Below, in pieces: positions 1 through 12,669 of a stretch of 37,280 bases of DNA. The stretch lies in the NCBI GenBank assembly GCA_027604505.1, contig JADIIX010000179.1, forward strand, positions 1-37,280, given 5' to 3'. Numbering within the stretch: position 1 is the stretch's first letter; the number at the start of each line of letters is the position of its first letter. The translations under genes and the position numbers were made by a program. A model generated the notes under the pieces. That model was not told the origin of the DNA, did not search any database, and was given only the letters and a program-made list of their open reading frames with translations. Source of the stretch: Gonapodya sp. JEL0774 (Eukaryota).

Positions 1-321
1 AAGTGACTTAGAAGCCGCAAACAATGCGCACAAGCAAGGGAAGGGTGAGGATGGCGATTGGGAAGGGGGAAACGGGTGAATATGGAAATGTCTCGATGGG
101 AAGCCGAGACGCGGGGGATTTATGGAGAAAAGGTTTCTCCAGACGACGCCGTTTTCAGAATTGAAAACAAGCGGCGGGAAGTGAAGAAAATGGATTTTGT
201 ATTTTTGGGTTTCGGCTTATACACGCGGCTCCGGTCAACCATTTTGCAAACAGCTGTAATGGTACCAATTGATCATCTGCAAAAATAAGGTCCAATTTTC
301 CACCATTGTTTGGTACAACAC

Positions 322-2610
322 ATGTCAAACAAAGAACATCTGCTCGAGTACTGGGAACTGGGATGGATAGCTTTCCCTATCTCCATTAGCTGGAACACTG
401 ATTGGCAGAAAAAGGAATTGCAGGCTCCGAAAGGAAGCCAGAATCTCAACATCAAGACAGCAAAGGCCCTCCCAGCAAGAAATGCCATCACCATACAAAC
501 TGGCTCTGTGTCTGGTATTGTTGTGCTTGATATTGATGACGTCGATGGTTGGCAACAATTTCTCGTTCAACACAGTCAAGTGGAACCACAGTCTATCACT
601 GCGCGTTCCCAAAGCGGCGGCCTTCACTACTATTTCAAATGTAGTGAGTCAATTGCTGATCTGATATCCACTTCTGCCCCCCCTGGTGGCTGCGCAGATA
701 TCCGCAATAAGGGTGGAATGATCATTGCCCACCCATCTTTGTTCTATGTTCAGGGCAAAAACGACTCATGAAACTATACATGGCTTGTAGGAAAATCACC
801 ATAGATTTTTAGCCTTGCGGAAACGCCCAACTGGCTCACACTCACACTGCGTGAAAGTTGTTGGTCGCACAAACCACACAGTTACGAAACAGACGCACAC
901 ACAGCGCGGCTGCCCTGATACCGCTAACGCATGGGACGTTCTGAAGCAATTCGTTGCGCAGAATTTTGCCATCATGCCAGGTAGCATTGGCACAACAAAG
1001 TGGCTTGGCAAGAAGTTGGGGCTCGCTATATCAACAACCGTGTTGGATTGCATCTTCAAAATGGCATCTCATAAAAGCAACTGCCAGTTTCTTTTTGTGA
1101 GTGCAGCTGGTGATATGTCCCGTTGCTGTCACAATGGGATTTGTCACGATAAATCTTGGGGACAGTGCAAGGTCACAGCTGACATAATGAACGTGCTCCG
1201 TGAGCTGTTTACCTCCAGACCAGTTGTTGTCCCAGATACTGTTGAATTGGCACACAAAGAAGCACCTGACCACGTGAATGATACAGTCCCCAGGAACGAC
1301 TCTATGACTATGGCATTGAAAACTGATGGAGTGGATTTGAAGGCCGCCCTCTCAAAACTTTCTACAACAGAGATCTCTGCTTCATGTGTGGCAAAGGGAT
1401 CTTGATGGCCACTATAAGCACCACAGGATTGACAATTTCATGCAACATGCTATGTGTACCTTCAAGATGCCATTTTTGCGGAAGCATTGCTATCCCCACT
1501 GACAAGTACTCAAACTTGGGGAAATTCTTTGTTGTCATACAGCAGTTGAACATCACAAGCAACAACACAACTAATAACTATGGTTTGGGAGGGCTGGAGG
1601 ACGCGCCAAGTCTCTTTTTGGGTGACGATATTGTTGTGAAGGACAACACCGAGCTCAATACTCTCATTTTAGACGCTCTTGACAGAAGTGATAGCACGTT
1701 GGCATGTCTCTTTGTGCATATCCACTGCAGGCACTTTGTGTATGCAAGTGACCAACGGTGGTACGTGTTTTGGGGACACTGATGGGTGTGTCAGAAGGTC
1801 CCTACTCTAACAGAACTCGTGGACTACCCAATATTGTCAGAGTTTTGTCTGACTTTGAACGCCTGCGCTCGCCACATACAGAGCATCGGACATAAAAGAC
1901 AAAGAGTCAAAATTTAAAAGGATCTCCTTGACTTTGCAGAGTCTCAAGAGTGAGAGCAAACAAAACTTAATATTTGCTCAGTGTCGGAAAGGGGGCCTTC
2001 TTGGAGACACTGATGGATTCCTGTGCAAATTGGATGCAATTCTGACACTCCTGGTATTCAACAATGCAGTGTGCAATCTGAGGACCCACACGTTCGGAGC
2101 AGGTGTTTCCAAAGATTATGTGACCAGGAGTGTGGGGTACGATTACCATCCAGAGTTTGCAGTGTGCAATCTGATGACCCACACATTCCGAGCAGGCGTT
2201 TCCAAAGACTATGTGACCATGAGCATGGGGTACGATTACGATCCAGAGTTGATGGCAAACAACACAGAAGTGAAGACAGACGTTCTGAAGTTCTTTGAAC
2301 AAGTTTTCCTTGACCCTGCAGTAAGCAACTGTGCACTACTGTATTTGGCATCTACACTCAAGGGCTACAACAAGGAACACTGGTTTCACTTTGCGCACGG
2401 TAGTTCTGGTCGAAATGGAAAAGGTGTACTCATGAATATTATGGAGAGCACCGTCGGGAAATATGCAGTCTCTGTGAATTCTGCACTCATATGTGGAAAA
2501 TCCAGCGATGCAAACTCGGCAATGCCCCAGTTGTCATTGATGATCAAAAAGCGGTTTGCCTATATGTCAGAAGTCAAAGCTGGCGCCTGGATCAATGAGG
2601 AGCTTTTCAT
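322..2610 (+). pseudogene. Degenerate bifunctional primase-polymerase (prim-pol) fused to a D5-like SF3 helicase, of viral or Polinton-like origin
   Basis: Prim-pol motifs in ORF 310-771 (ITIQTGSVSGIVVLDID, TARSQSGGLHYYF, DIRNKGGMIIAHPS). D5_N-like segments WYVFWGH*W and LLVFNNAVCNLRTHTF...DYVT.S.GYDY. Walker A-like GSSGRNGKG and Walker B-like KRFAYMSE...INEE in ORF 1928-3031. Stops and frameshifts break the gene, and helicase similarity ends abruptly near 2610. Confidence 0.85.
2065..2250 (+). repeat. 93-bp in-frame tandem duplication inside the D5_N region
   Basis: Units 2065-2157 and 2158-2250 encode AVCNLRTHTFGAGVSKDYVTRSVGYDYHPE and AVCNLMTHTFRAGVSKDYVTMSMGYDYDPE. Confidence 0.95.
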
Positions 2611-3922
2611 AGGAGCACTTGGTATCAGACAGTTGCTCCATATGCCCTTTCATCGAGAAATCAAAAGTTTCAGTTCCGTGGTGTTCTCAATCATCGGGAT
2701 AACAGTGTCGCAGATGGCAAATGTACCGGTTGCGGTTGATTTGTTGATTACAGCACACCTCGAACACAATCCTGAAGGAATGTACAATGGGTATTGCAAG
2801 ATAAAACGAAGTTTTATAATCTGGGACAGATGGAAATATGACACAGTCTACAAACAATGCTGTGATATGCTCAGGATAGATAAGAATGTTGAGATTGGGA
2901 ACATTGGATCGCTTGGTGAATTCTGTACATACAAAGGCAAGCCCAAAGCCTTCACAACAATGAAGGGACCGGAGTTGGGTAAAATATTTGTGTATGGTGT
3001 ATCACATAGAGAGTTAGCACTATTTCAGTGATATTAGGCTTTGCAGTGAAAGTGTCCTACTACATATGTAATATTTCCGGACTGGTATCTCCCAATACAA
3101 CAATGTGACACCTGATTCTTCAATTCCTTGTGGCACACTGCATGCAGTTTGCTGGTTCAAAATTCATCCACGTCAAACACTTGGTGTTGCCTTTACAATT
3201 GCCTTCTTGAACTTCAATACTGGCCCAGCTGGTGACTTTTTGATGATCCCAGTGTCTTGATTTGATTATGGTCGTGCAAGGAAATTGATCAAATCAGACC
3301 AGATCAGATCAGTCAAGTACATTCAAAGTCAGCGAGAAATCATGAGAGCAAATTGTGCCATGTCTTGGCTCTGCAAGGTTTGAGAGGGCTCCGCCACAAA
3401 GAGATCAAGAACGTATCAGAGCCACAAAGAGGCACTTGTCAAAAAAACACATAAAGGAGGGAATCTTCATTTGGCTGCAAGACTCCAAAGCTACAAACAA
3501 CTCACACTAAGACTTTACTCTTCAATGGAAGATGGGAGTTTGAGCCTGGTGAATAGAGAGGTTGCACAGAATTTAGTTATCACAACTTTGGTGCACACAA
3601 GGTATGTGGCACAGGGGCAAATATTGGGTGCCCTCCCAATTCTTGAGCCTGAATTGGGATCACAAAACTCTGCTTGTTTGACTCGTAAAATCGAGTGTGA
3701 TTGGTCTCATTTTTTCAGTTTGCCGCAGTACCATAATGCTGATTATATTTCATGAGTCAATTTGTGGCGAATGCAAATGAGTCACTTGCAACGCAACTCC
3801 GGTTTTTCGCCCACTGCACACCTTGCTCACCATTCCCTGACATTGCAAATACTTCCTCAAAATCCTCCATAGGCTTTGCAACATATCGATCTACCGATTA
3901 CACTGTTGAAGAAGTGCCACGC

Positions 3923-5641
3923 ATGGCAAATCTCAGCGGAAATCTCCTGTTAAGCAGCAGTGAGTCTGATGACCTGGATTTGCATGGTAAGAGTTAAATT
4001 GAGAGACATTTCTCTGTATCCATCACAATCTACTATCATAAATGTGGTGTTTTCTCATGTACTTGGTCTCTTTGTGTGTTCCAGATGCCGTCCCAGTGCC
4101 TGACAACACGACAAATGAGTCATTACCAACCAACAAGCCTGGAACTGCCCAAAAGAGGCCCAGACGCCCCCCAAAACCAGCATCGTCACAGAAAAAGGTG
4201 AAGCCACCGCCGTCTGGCTTTGCCTTGTTCCAGAAATCAAAGGACAAGGTGGTCAGGAAGGATCATCCAGAGTATGGATTCGGGATGATTGCAGGTGCAA
4301 TCAGAGACATGTGGACAAAGATGACAGAAGAAGAGAAGGGGGTAAGTCTTGTGTGTAACTGGGGGCTCTGTATGGTTCTATTTCATCTTTGTCCACGGCT
4401 CCCCATTCATGACAGAGTCTGCGAGACTCAAATCAATCGCTCACAACAACTCAATCCTACCACAAGCAAGTCAATCGACATGGGAACAGCCGCTCCTGCC
4501 GTCGAAACAACCACTGGGAAGTATTTCACATGGAACTCCACCTTGTCCTCCTGCGCCATGCAAACGTAATCCAGCCATTTGAAGCAGCGGGAAAGCAGGA
4601 TACCTTACAGAAGCGCTGGATGGACGTCGCGGAGGTGAGGAGGAAGGAGAATCCAGCGCTGTATGCCGAGGTAACGCACCAAAATACCAATCATTGGGTC
4701 AGGGCTCCTGTGATCGCCTGGGCGCAGCGCAACACTGGTTCAGAAAAGCTCACAGGTGAGAACGAGGAGGACTCAGTGTTGGATGCGATGGTGGAAGAGT
4801 ATGCAAACGCGGTGAGTGACGTGATACAGTGTGTTTTGACGGGTGGTTGGGGATATCACTGTTAGATTTTGCAGCTGATGCGACTACTTTGGTCACCGGG
4901 ACATTTGCTACATCGGACAGTACAGCAAAGACCATAACAGACCGGCTCACTCTTAGGATCGACAGGGACTATTTTCTCTTTACAAAGGACGTTTAGCTTA
5001 TGAAATAGACCGAGGGACATTGCTTTATAAACTGAGAAAACCTAGATTGTATTTGGAGTTTGCTACATTATACGGACCATACAGGGGAACCTCTGCTCGC
5101 CCTTCCAGCCTCGCCACTTCAGTTTAACAATCACCGTTCCACACGTATGTCACAATAGCAAGCCGCCTTCAATGCCAATCTTGCCGACAACAAGGAGAAC
5201 GCGTTGGCTGAAAGAAAACAGGATATGAAGCTTGCAGCTGGTAAGTGGGAGTAGTTTTGGCTATGTCTGTTATGTTGACCCACTTGTCCATGAGACATCA
5301 GACAGAACGCCACGGAAACGCTCTCAAAGAAGCGTCCACTACGTATGGGAAATGAGAATGAGGATTGGACCGTGGAGGACATCACCAACAGGAAGAAAAG
5401 GGGGAGGACTGCATCAGATGCCTGGAACAGCCTTTTTAGGCTTGAGGAATTGCTGAGGGAGGACACCCAGGAGAAAGAAGGTTATCTAGCAATGGCAAGG
5501 CAAGCTGATGAGAGGAGAATGAAGGAGCTGGAGCTGAAGGAGAGGAAGTTGGCTGTGGAGGAAGAGCAAGTGAAGTTGGCCACCGCAAACCAACAGATGA
5601 TGATGGAGATGTTCAAAAGTTTTGTAAGCCAGAAACAGTAG
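3923..5641 (+). CDS. Harbinger partner protein: HMG-box, Myb/SANT-like region and C-terminal coiled coil (multi-exon)
   Basis: HMG-box-like KPPPSGFALFQKSKDKVVRKDHPEYGFGMIAGAIRDMWTKMTEEEK (about 4200-4340). Myb-like LVLLRHANVIQPFEA...KRWMDVAE...TGENEE (4530-4810). Coiled coil ERRMKELELKERKLAVEEEQ...QQMMMEMF. GT donors near 3986, 4342, 4812 and 5241 give a mostly in-frame model. The start codon and last acceptor are uncertain. Confidence 0.7.
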
Positions 5642-5664
5642 CTGTGTATTTCAATATAAAGTCA

Positions 5665-6917
5665 TTACATATATGCTTGCAAATAGGTCTCAATTGAGGG
5701 GGTATTGACACTGAACTTATCACCCGTTTCGCCCCTCTAAAAGCATGTATGAGCGTTAGCCAAGAAGATACCAACACAATAATAAGACGCTACAGGTGAC
5801 AACTCTACTTTGAGGGTCCAGTAGTAGTTCAAAAACGGGAAGATAGTTGCTGGCTTGTCCCACGCCCACTCAATTGCAATCTGTACAGCACTGTTTGAAA
5901 TATTGTACTTCTGCTGTTCTGGCGTCAAGTGTGGCAACTTTAAAGGTCCTACAAGATGCCTGTTGCCGGGGAAGTAGGCAGGGTCACCATATATTCGGTA
6001 TGGTTTGTGGTTTGGCCTGAAAGCTGTCCACAGGGAAAACTTTGAGAATGGACGATGAAACGGTATTCAATCATCAACACACCATGCTGTGCAAGTATAT
6101 CATTGAGTCCTCTCAGCCTATCAATTGTGACGTCGTGATCCGGGCCCAGAAATGGTCCACAAAGATGGATGACAAACCAATCGGGGGTCACCACTCCTTG
6201 AAACTTGAGCGAATGCTGCCGCTTGTGTCCACTGTAGTTTTTCCTTTGATGATTTGTTGGTCATGCTATTCAACTCTCCGTCCCATCGATGATTCAGAAT
6301 ACAGCTTGAAGTGGGGACCCAGCAGTGTGGATGGTCTGGCAAAACTGCTTTAGCAGCACCGTGGTCAGCTGCTGAGTATCCCAAGTCAAAAGTTCCTTCA
6401 ATTTGCGTGTGCTGCTGTCTACAAGATATGAGATAATGCGGGAGAGCTTGTCTGCAGAGCAACGGAAGGTGAGGGCAATGTCAGCGAGGCGATTTGGGAA
6501 AGTGAAACTTCTAAGAAGCACACAGAGTGCCTCAATTCCTAGAAATCAAAGTCGATTTTCCAAGACAATAGTTGCGGGAATGCCGAGTGCCTCTTTGAGA
6601 CGAAATAGGCGGGCTTTTTCGAACCTTGTAACTGGTACGAGAAATCAATACATCCAGGGTCCCGAGCTACGGATGGCAGTTGCAACTCACTGAAAACAAT
6701 GAAGACAGTCTGCATCTGAAAGTGCTCCAAGATCCAGGCGTGCTGCAGGGAACGCCAGTGGCTCTGGCGGAAGCATACTTGCCGCAAGCAACAATCGGCG
6801 CCTTCTCCTGATCCTCTCCAGTCCGATGGTCACGAATGAAAAAGAATTGTCAGAGTCAGAGGTGTCCCTGTCTATGAACGTGGTTGCGGAAAATTGGGAG
6901 CTGGTTTGAGTGTGCAA
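5665..6917 (-). pseudogene. Harbinger/HARBI1-type DDE transposase pseudogene
   Basis: Reads EALCVLLRSFTFPNRLAD, F*IIDGTES*IA*P..QRKNYSGHKRQHSLKFQGVVTPD, GPFLGPDHD, YGDPAY and SAVQIAIEWAW, with several TGA stops and frame disruption. One intron near 6626-6690. Confidence 0.92.
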
Positions 6918-7987
6918 GGTCGCTCGGCTATTTAGTTTTTCCCTTCACAAATTACAATAACTAAATGTGTTGCACAACCTCTCTATTGAGTGGTGGATGA
7001 ACCTTCCAGTACATGACAAGGTGTGTCAATTGCCATGCATGCTGAGAAACTCAACCACCAACCATCTCTCAGTTGTCGGTAGTTCCATCAGGGTATCAGG
7101 AGGTTTCTACTTACAACCACTTTTGGTTTGGTGATCTCCTTGGGTTCCCAGTCACAAAATGGGAGTTTGGTCCATGGCACTTAATGATCCACACTGGCAA
7201 GGATGAGAATGGACAGCCTCACATTTATCACGGGAGTACTGAGGGAAAGTAGACGTGCAATCTCTATGAAGATGCTGTTTAAGAAAAGAAGGCGGCCAAG
7301 ATCCAGATTATTGATTTGGAGGACGTCAGCAAACTCGCATGGCATACAGCAGTGGCCCGGGCAGTGATTTTGGAGCATGCTGCCAAAGATCCAAAATACC
7401 ATTCCACTTTTGCTAGGTATCATTTCGCAGTTCTTTGTTGTACTGGCAGGTTTGCTCATGTTGAATTCTCTGGTGGCTCAATCAAGACAACCACTTCGAA
7501 GGGCATTCCTCCCTAGGTGCAAGACTTTCAGAGGTGGCAACTGAAAGGCAAACCAGTGAGATGTAAATGTGAAAGTGGATGAGAAGAGTAGGAAAATGGG
7601 GTGTTTTCATAGTAGTGTGGCAAAGTTGATGGAGTTGATGAGTTGATGCGAAATTTTCCATCAACTGCTGAACTGCATCAACCAAATTAACTGCTCCCAA
7701 GGTTGATGAGGTTTGAAACAAGAAAGACAGTTTGGGTCATGTAATTGATTGATTTCAAACAAGAGTGGCAAAAGGGATGGCGAAACTGATTTGTTCTGAT
7801 ACGAGAATCACAAATTGGTTCTGAAGTTGAGGAGGTTTTAGAGTCACGATGCTATTGAGTTTTTAGATATTCAGAGCGGAGCCGGGACAGCAAGTAAGTC
7901 CAAATATGCTTAAAATCTTGACTTGTTATCATCAGTCACTGTCTCTGCCATAACTGAAAACCAGCGCTTGCAACTATGACAATACCA

Positions 7988-10065
7988 TCATTTTTGATTG
8001 TACTCAAAGAACCCGTAGTCGCCTGCCCTGATTTTGCAGGTGCAGAAATTGGTGTACACCATACAAATTTCCTTAGGTTTCTGCATTTCAATCTCGGACT
8101 TCAACTTAGGATTCCCCTTGAGTCCCATTATATTGTACCACAGCATCTGCCCACGTTCTACAACATCATACTGGGTCCATGCAGACGCATCCGTAAACTT
8201 CACCTCCAAAATGAAGAGGGGTCCGTTTTCTTTGCTGCCTTGAAAATCTGCTTTCCCCCTTTACATGCCTGAAGGTGTACTCTGTTTCTCGAGACCAATC
8301 TTTGCTGCCAGCCACTTTGACTAAGTTCTTCGCAAAGCGCTTTATGTACGGAATCACTCCCAGTATTTCTTTCCGACCGTTTCAAACTCCGTGGAATAGT
8401 CTTTGGTGTGCTCACCTATTTTGCCGATGATGTTCTGAGATGTCACTCTGGCAGGGGTCCAATGACTTCCTCTTGGACAAAAATTCCCAGACAAGATCTT
8501 CGACTGTCTTTCCAAGCGCCATCTGGAGACTCTTTTCAATTTGCTCGACATTATCACAATTCACTTCAGTCAACCCCTTTCCAAGTCTGATCTCCATTTT
8601 TTCGTCACACACCCACTGCACAGGCCCTTGCATCATTTCATCGCGATACTTCTCCCAGTTGTCCAAAAGTAGGTCTTTTACACCTTGTGGCTTTGGTATC
8701 ATGATGTTGGTGGTAGATTGCAGTAGCATCATGGCCTTATATGGAAAGTTGGTACTGACACAATCCAGTAAATATCTCTGTGCTCCTTTATTTTTTCCTC
8801 TCCTTGCAGACACCCACTTGAAAGTTCCTCCAGAAATGGCGAGAGGAGTCAGTATCAGTGTCGGTTTCTGACTCCGGCTCCAACTCTGAATCTGTGTCTG
8901 TCCTGGATATGCACGGGAAATTGCATACTTTCCGTCTGAAAACTTCTTTTTTACGCCTTTTTTCACACAATTCTTCCAGTAGTCTTGAGCATACTGGTAT
9001 CCCTTCTTCTTAGACTCGAGAAACAATTGAAGACCTTCATCACAGTCTCTCTCGAAACAGGTTCCTCCAATGTCGGCAAGGGCACCTGCAAAATTTGCTG
9101 CAGAATCTCCGTTTGATTTGTTACAGTCCTTTTCCAGCTCACAGGCCTCCGTGCGTTCCAATTTTCCAGACTTCTCAAGACACATAATGAGGTCAACCAA
9201 ATTTCCAGGATGCCCTTTGGCCTGCATGTGGCCAGGAAGGAAAGATTTGCCAACACTGCTCTCCAGAACCCCGCCTGTCTTTGCAGTCTTGTCGTGTTCT
9301 TTTTGGTTGCCAACAAATGGGGAAGACACATTCACAAACTTTACAGTGTCAGGTTCTGTGTATGCATATCTTCCATCAAAGTCACAGGGAGATATAAAGA
9401 GAAAGAGTCAGGCAGCGTCTGCAAGGTTATAGCAGTGAAAAGGACCCACTGGCTGACTGCACTCTTGGTTTTGACATGTGCTTTGATGTTGTTCTTGCTG
9501 CGGATAGGGCAGCAACTCCTTCGACTGACATCTATCTTTGTTTCATTCCTAGCCAAATATTGTCCATTCTCACCTACTCCACCATCTGAAACAGCATTGG
9601 TCGTGGAATCTGCTTCATTGAGGTGAATGTATGGAAATCTCCACCTATGGAGTTCACACTTCTCTTTGTCCTGACATGGGCCTAAAGCACTCTTGTAGTT
9701 GCAAGGGTGGTAGTTGAACTCCGTATTTGTATGCGCAAACCGACATTGTTCAGGAAAATTGCAGTTTGAAGCCTTCTTGCAACTCTTTGGCTTATATGCA
9801 ACTGCAATAGCACAAACGGTCTTGCAGTGAACTGAAACTAAGAGACAAACTTGTTACATTTTCCTCTGCTGGTAGTGACCTTTTGTCGCAGCTCCTCTTC
9901 TGACTGAGCAAAAGGGCAGCTTGACACGTGCATTGTGGTTTCTGACGTCAAGTACAACGTACATGGGGCAGCACAATCTGAGCTCTGCAGGCCTCGGAGA
10001 ACACTGAAACTGAGTAGCGTACTCACTTGGTGCCATTTCTGCAATCTTTGTCTCCAAAATGGCAT
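7988..10065 (-). pseudogene. Degenerate gene with Unkempt/TZF-like tandem CCCH zinc fingers and an unrecognised C-terminal region
   Basis: Minus-strand segments SSCPFAQSEEELRQ and YKPKSCKKASNCNFPEQCRFAHTNTEFNYHPCNYKS..GPC (about 9630-9930) fit the Unkempt C.FAH...E..YHP..YK pattern. Downstream ORFs (8412-9335 and shorter ones) are broken by frameshifts. Confidence 0.5.
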
Positions 10066-11300
10066 AGCTTGAGCTTGCAGTTGCAGGGAAGCTGATTCCT
10101 ATTGTTCTGGGCCCCCATCTTGTGTGCCAACGCTAGTCTTTGGTGTATATAATTGGATTAGATTCGGCGCTGTGAGTCGCTTGCATCTCTCTCCGGGGTT
10201 TTCAAGCCTCCTGCAGGAATGGAAAGCCGCGTGCTGACAATGCACAGTGGCTGTGTCCTGGCTTAAGTACCTCACCTGAGCAAAGGCCACCAAACCATCG
10301 CTTTCGTGAATTCAGAACCAGCCAGGAGTGCAACAAAATGCCATCACAATGGAATTCCAAAATGCTATCAGATGTGCGGATGCCGGATGTACCAATGGCA
10401 GTAACATTTGTTTAGCTTTTCAAGAGCTCGCACAATGGAATGAGATCAGAGAACTTTGTACAGGCCTATCGAAGGAGTCTGGCTTAGGGACTCTGATAGA
10501 GTCGACACAATCCATTGTTGGTCAGACTGTAACGTGGAGGTTAGGAGAACCCCCTAGAGTGGGTAAAAAATAGTAATAAGACTATATAGTTACATTATTC
10601 AGCCTGTTCTGCGCCCAGCACCTTGGTTTGGTTCCCTGATACCAAATGATGGAAATCACTTTTCGAAGGTAGTTGTGCATGGACCATCCAAAACTGTCAC
10701 TGCCACAATATATTGATGCCTCTTTCCACAACCACCTTACCTTTCCTTGATCTCCATCTGTGATGCCTTTTCTTCCCGAAAACGACTCTACACTTCCCGA
10801 TCTGTATATTCCCCGACCCTGCGGTTCAACCCTATGAACTCGCTTGACCCGCCGTTCGTCAAAACCACCAGATGCTCAAGAACGAGTCCCGCAACCTCCC
10901 CTGAAACCATTCGCATCCTCTTTTGCATTCTATCTCGCTGCGAAAACCGTGGTTGGAAAGGTGTTTCGTCCTTGTGCTCGCTCACGGTCTTCCTTCCTCG
11001 GGGGTCAGCCCCACACCTCGCGCCTTCCCCACGACTGTTCCACGACGCAAAGTCAGGACATGAAAAAAACGCCGCCATCAGTCTCAGACAGCTCTTTTAC
11101 AGTCCTTGATACTACTTCTGATTGTACTTCTGTACGACGTCGATTTCAAGATTCTGAAGACCATCACGTCGATCACGAGTGTCACAAGAATCATGATTTC
11201 AAAAGCTGGCGGGATGCTCAGAATGAGGCACGAGTGCGTACTCTTCTCCTTCAGCGCCTTCTTCTTCATTGTTAAGACGTACTGGCACCAGGCGCCTTTG

Positions 11301-12138
11301 ATGACAAAACCTTTGGCATCTCGCCTACCTCCGGAGTTGCTCGAGTTGATATTTCTCAACTTACCTCTGGGTGAATGTTACTCCTCCCTACGATATGTCT
11401 GCTTATCATGGCGGAGAGTTGTCATGGGGGGGCCCATACCCAGTCGCATAAACATTGAAATCGTCAACGGGTTCGCGCAACCTTCACGACTGGACCTTGG
11501 TAACATGAAGCCAGGGTTCAACCTTGTGAACTTCTCGACATAAACTCGTCGCACCAGATGGTTCGCCTATTCCACTGCAAAGGTACAGGCTAAAGACCGA
11601 ATACTGTGGTGACTGCACTGTCTATGTGAGCCCGAGAGAACTTGACCGCCAGTGGATCCCGAACGACACTCTAGCCAAACCTCTGTACCGTGTGCCTTTT
11701 CATATTATCAATCTTGAAAACGAGGCTGATGCGTTTCGACGTTTGGATGATCCCAACTATCCGCTTCGACCAGGAGAAGCGATTGAGTGTGGAATTGTCG
11801 TGTGTCTCCGTTTGTACTACAAGGAACCTGGACCGGGAGAAGAAGCTGTTTGGACAGTGCGCGATCTTCAGGAGTTTGCAGTACGCTCACTGGAGAAGAA
11901 ATTTGAGCAACGTGTTTTGGGACGCTTAGAGGACATTGCGATGCCAGAGTGGCAAAACCCCCCAATGTTGTTGGACATTGCCTTTTTCTCAACAACTGCC
12001 TGTGACATAGGTAGTTCGTCGCGCTATTTTTACTTGCGTGCCAAAGGTCATGGGGTTTTTGGAAAAGATGGCATCACTCGAGAGGTGTGGGAAAAACATC
12101 CACTGCATATGGGTTGTAGTGATCTTCCCTTGAGGTAG
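11301..12138 (+). CDS. F-box domain protein, possibly pseudogenised (in-frame TAA at 11541)
   Basis: N-terminal F-box motif SRLPPELLELIFLNLPLGECYSSLRYVCLSWRRVV, followed by coding-like ORF 11626-12138. I could not find a clean splice that removes the stop. Confidence 0.7.
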
Positions 12139-12669
12139 TGTGACACTGTATCCTTGTATGTGCGCACGGACATGGAATATCAGTTCAGTCTCCAGTCTCC
12201 ACAGCTTTTGGATTCAAGTTCAAATGTGGAGCAGAAGAGGTGAAACGAGCGAGAGGTAGGTAGGAGTCCCTCTTTCTGCCCAAGGAGTTGGGATCGAAGC
12301 GGTTGTTCTGACCTGTGGCCACCCACAACCAGTTCCTCTCCTGTCATCAAGGTTGGGAGGGTTCAAGACCTGATTCGAAGGAAAGGATTAGCATATTTTG
12401 ATAAGTACCTGAGGGATGAGCCCCAAGCGGATTATTACGGAAGAGGAGCAGCATCTCGGGAGAAGCTGGACTAGATTGCGATCCAAATCATCATAGGACA
12501 GGCGGAAATGTACAGCAAAGACACAGAAAAGGATAGGATTGTCAAGATATTGCATGAAACCATGGTGAGGTTCCATGAATTTTCACATGCCAACATTTCG
12601 CACCATGATCCGTATGTAGACCTTCATTTTGAGACACACACCGCTCCGTACTGACATCTCTTCAAGGGA

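Larger units (their letters stand above)
3923..6917. mobile_element. PIF/Harbinger-superfamily DNA transposon, decayed, termini not resolved
   Basis: Harbinger DDE transposase (-) and DNA-binding partner gene (+) are convergent, with stops at 5641 and 5665. This two-gene layout is typical of PIF/Harbinger elements. Confidence 0.85.

Noticed and set aside
2620..2629. TGGTATCAGA resembling an LTR-retrotransposon tRNA-Met primer-binding site at the helicase breakpoint
   Set aside because: Only a 10-nt match, with no LTR, gag or pol sequence recognisable nearby.
2611..3031. C-terminal part of ORF 1928-3031 as a continuation of the helicase
   Set aside because: D5 similarity stops at INEE, and the rest looks like read-through into unrelated sequence.
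4890..5080. Recurring GGGACA/TTTGCTACAT motifs in the long intron of the Harbinger partner gene as a MITE
   Set aside because: No matching terminal inverted repeats or target duplication found.
3662..7866. Weak inverted similarity (AAAACTC...TGACTC.TAAAA) at about 3664-3690 and 7836-7864 as Harbinger TIRs
   Set aside because: Too gapped and AT-rich, and no TAA/TTA target duplication could be assigned.
10844..11275. PPLKPFASSFAFYLAAK as a second HMG-box
   Set aside because: Only a first-helix-like fragment, with no following helices.
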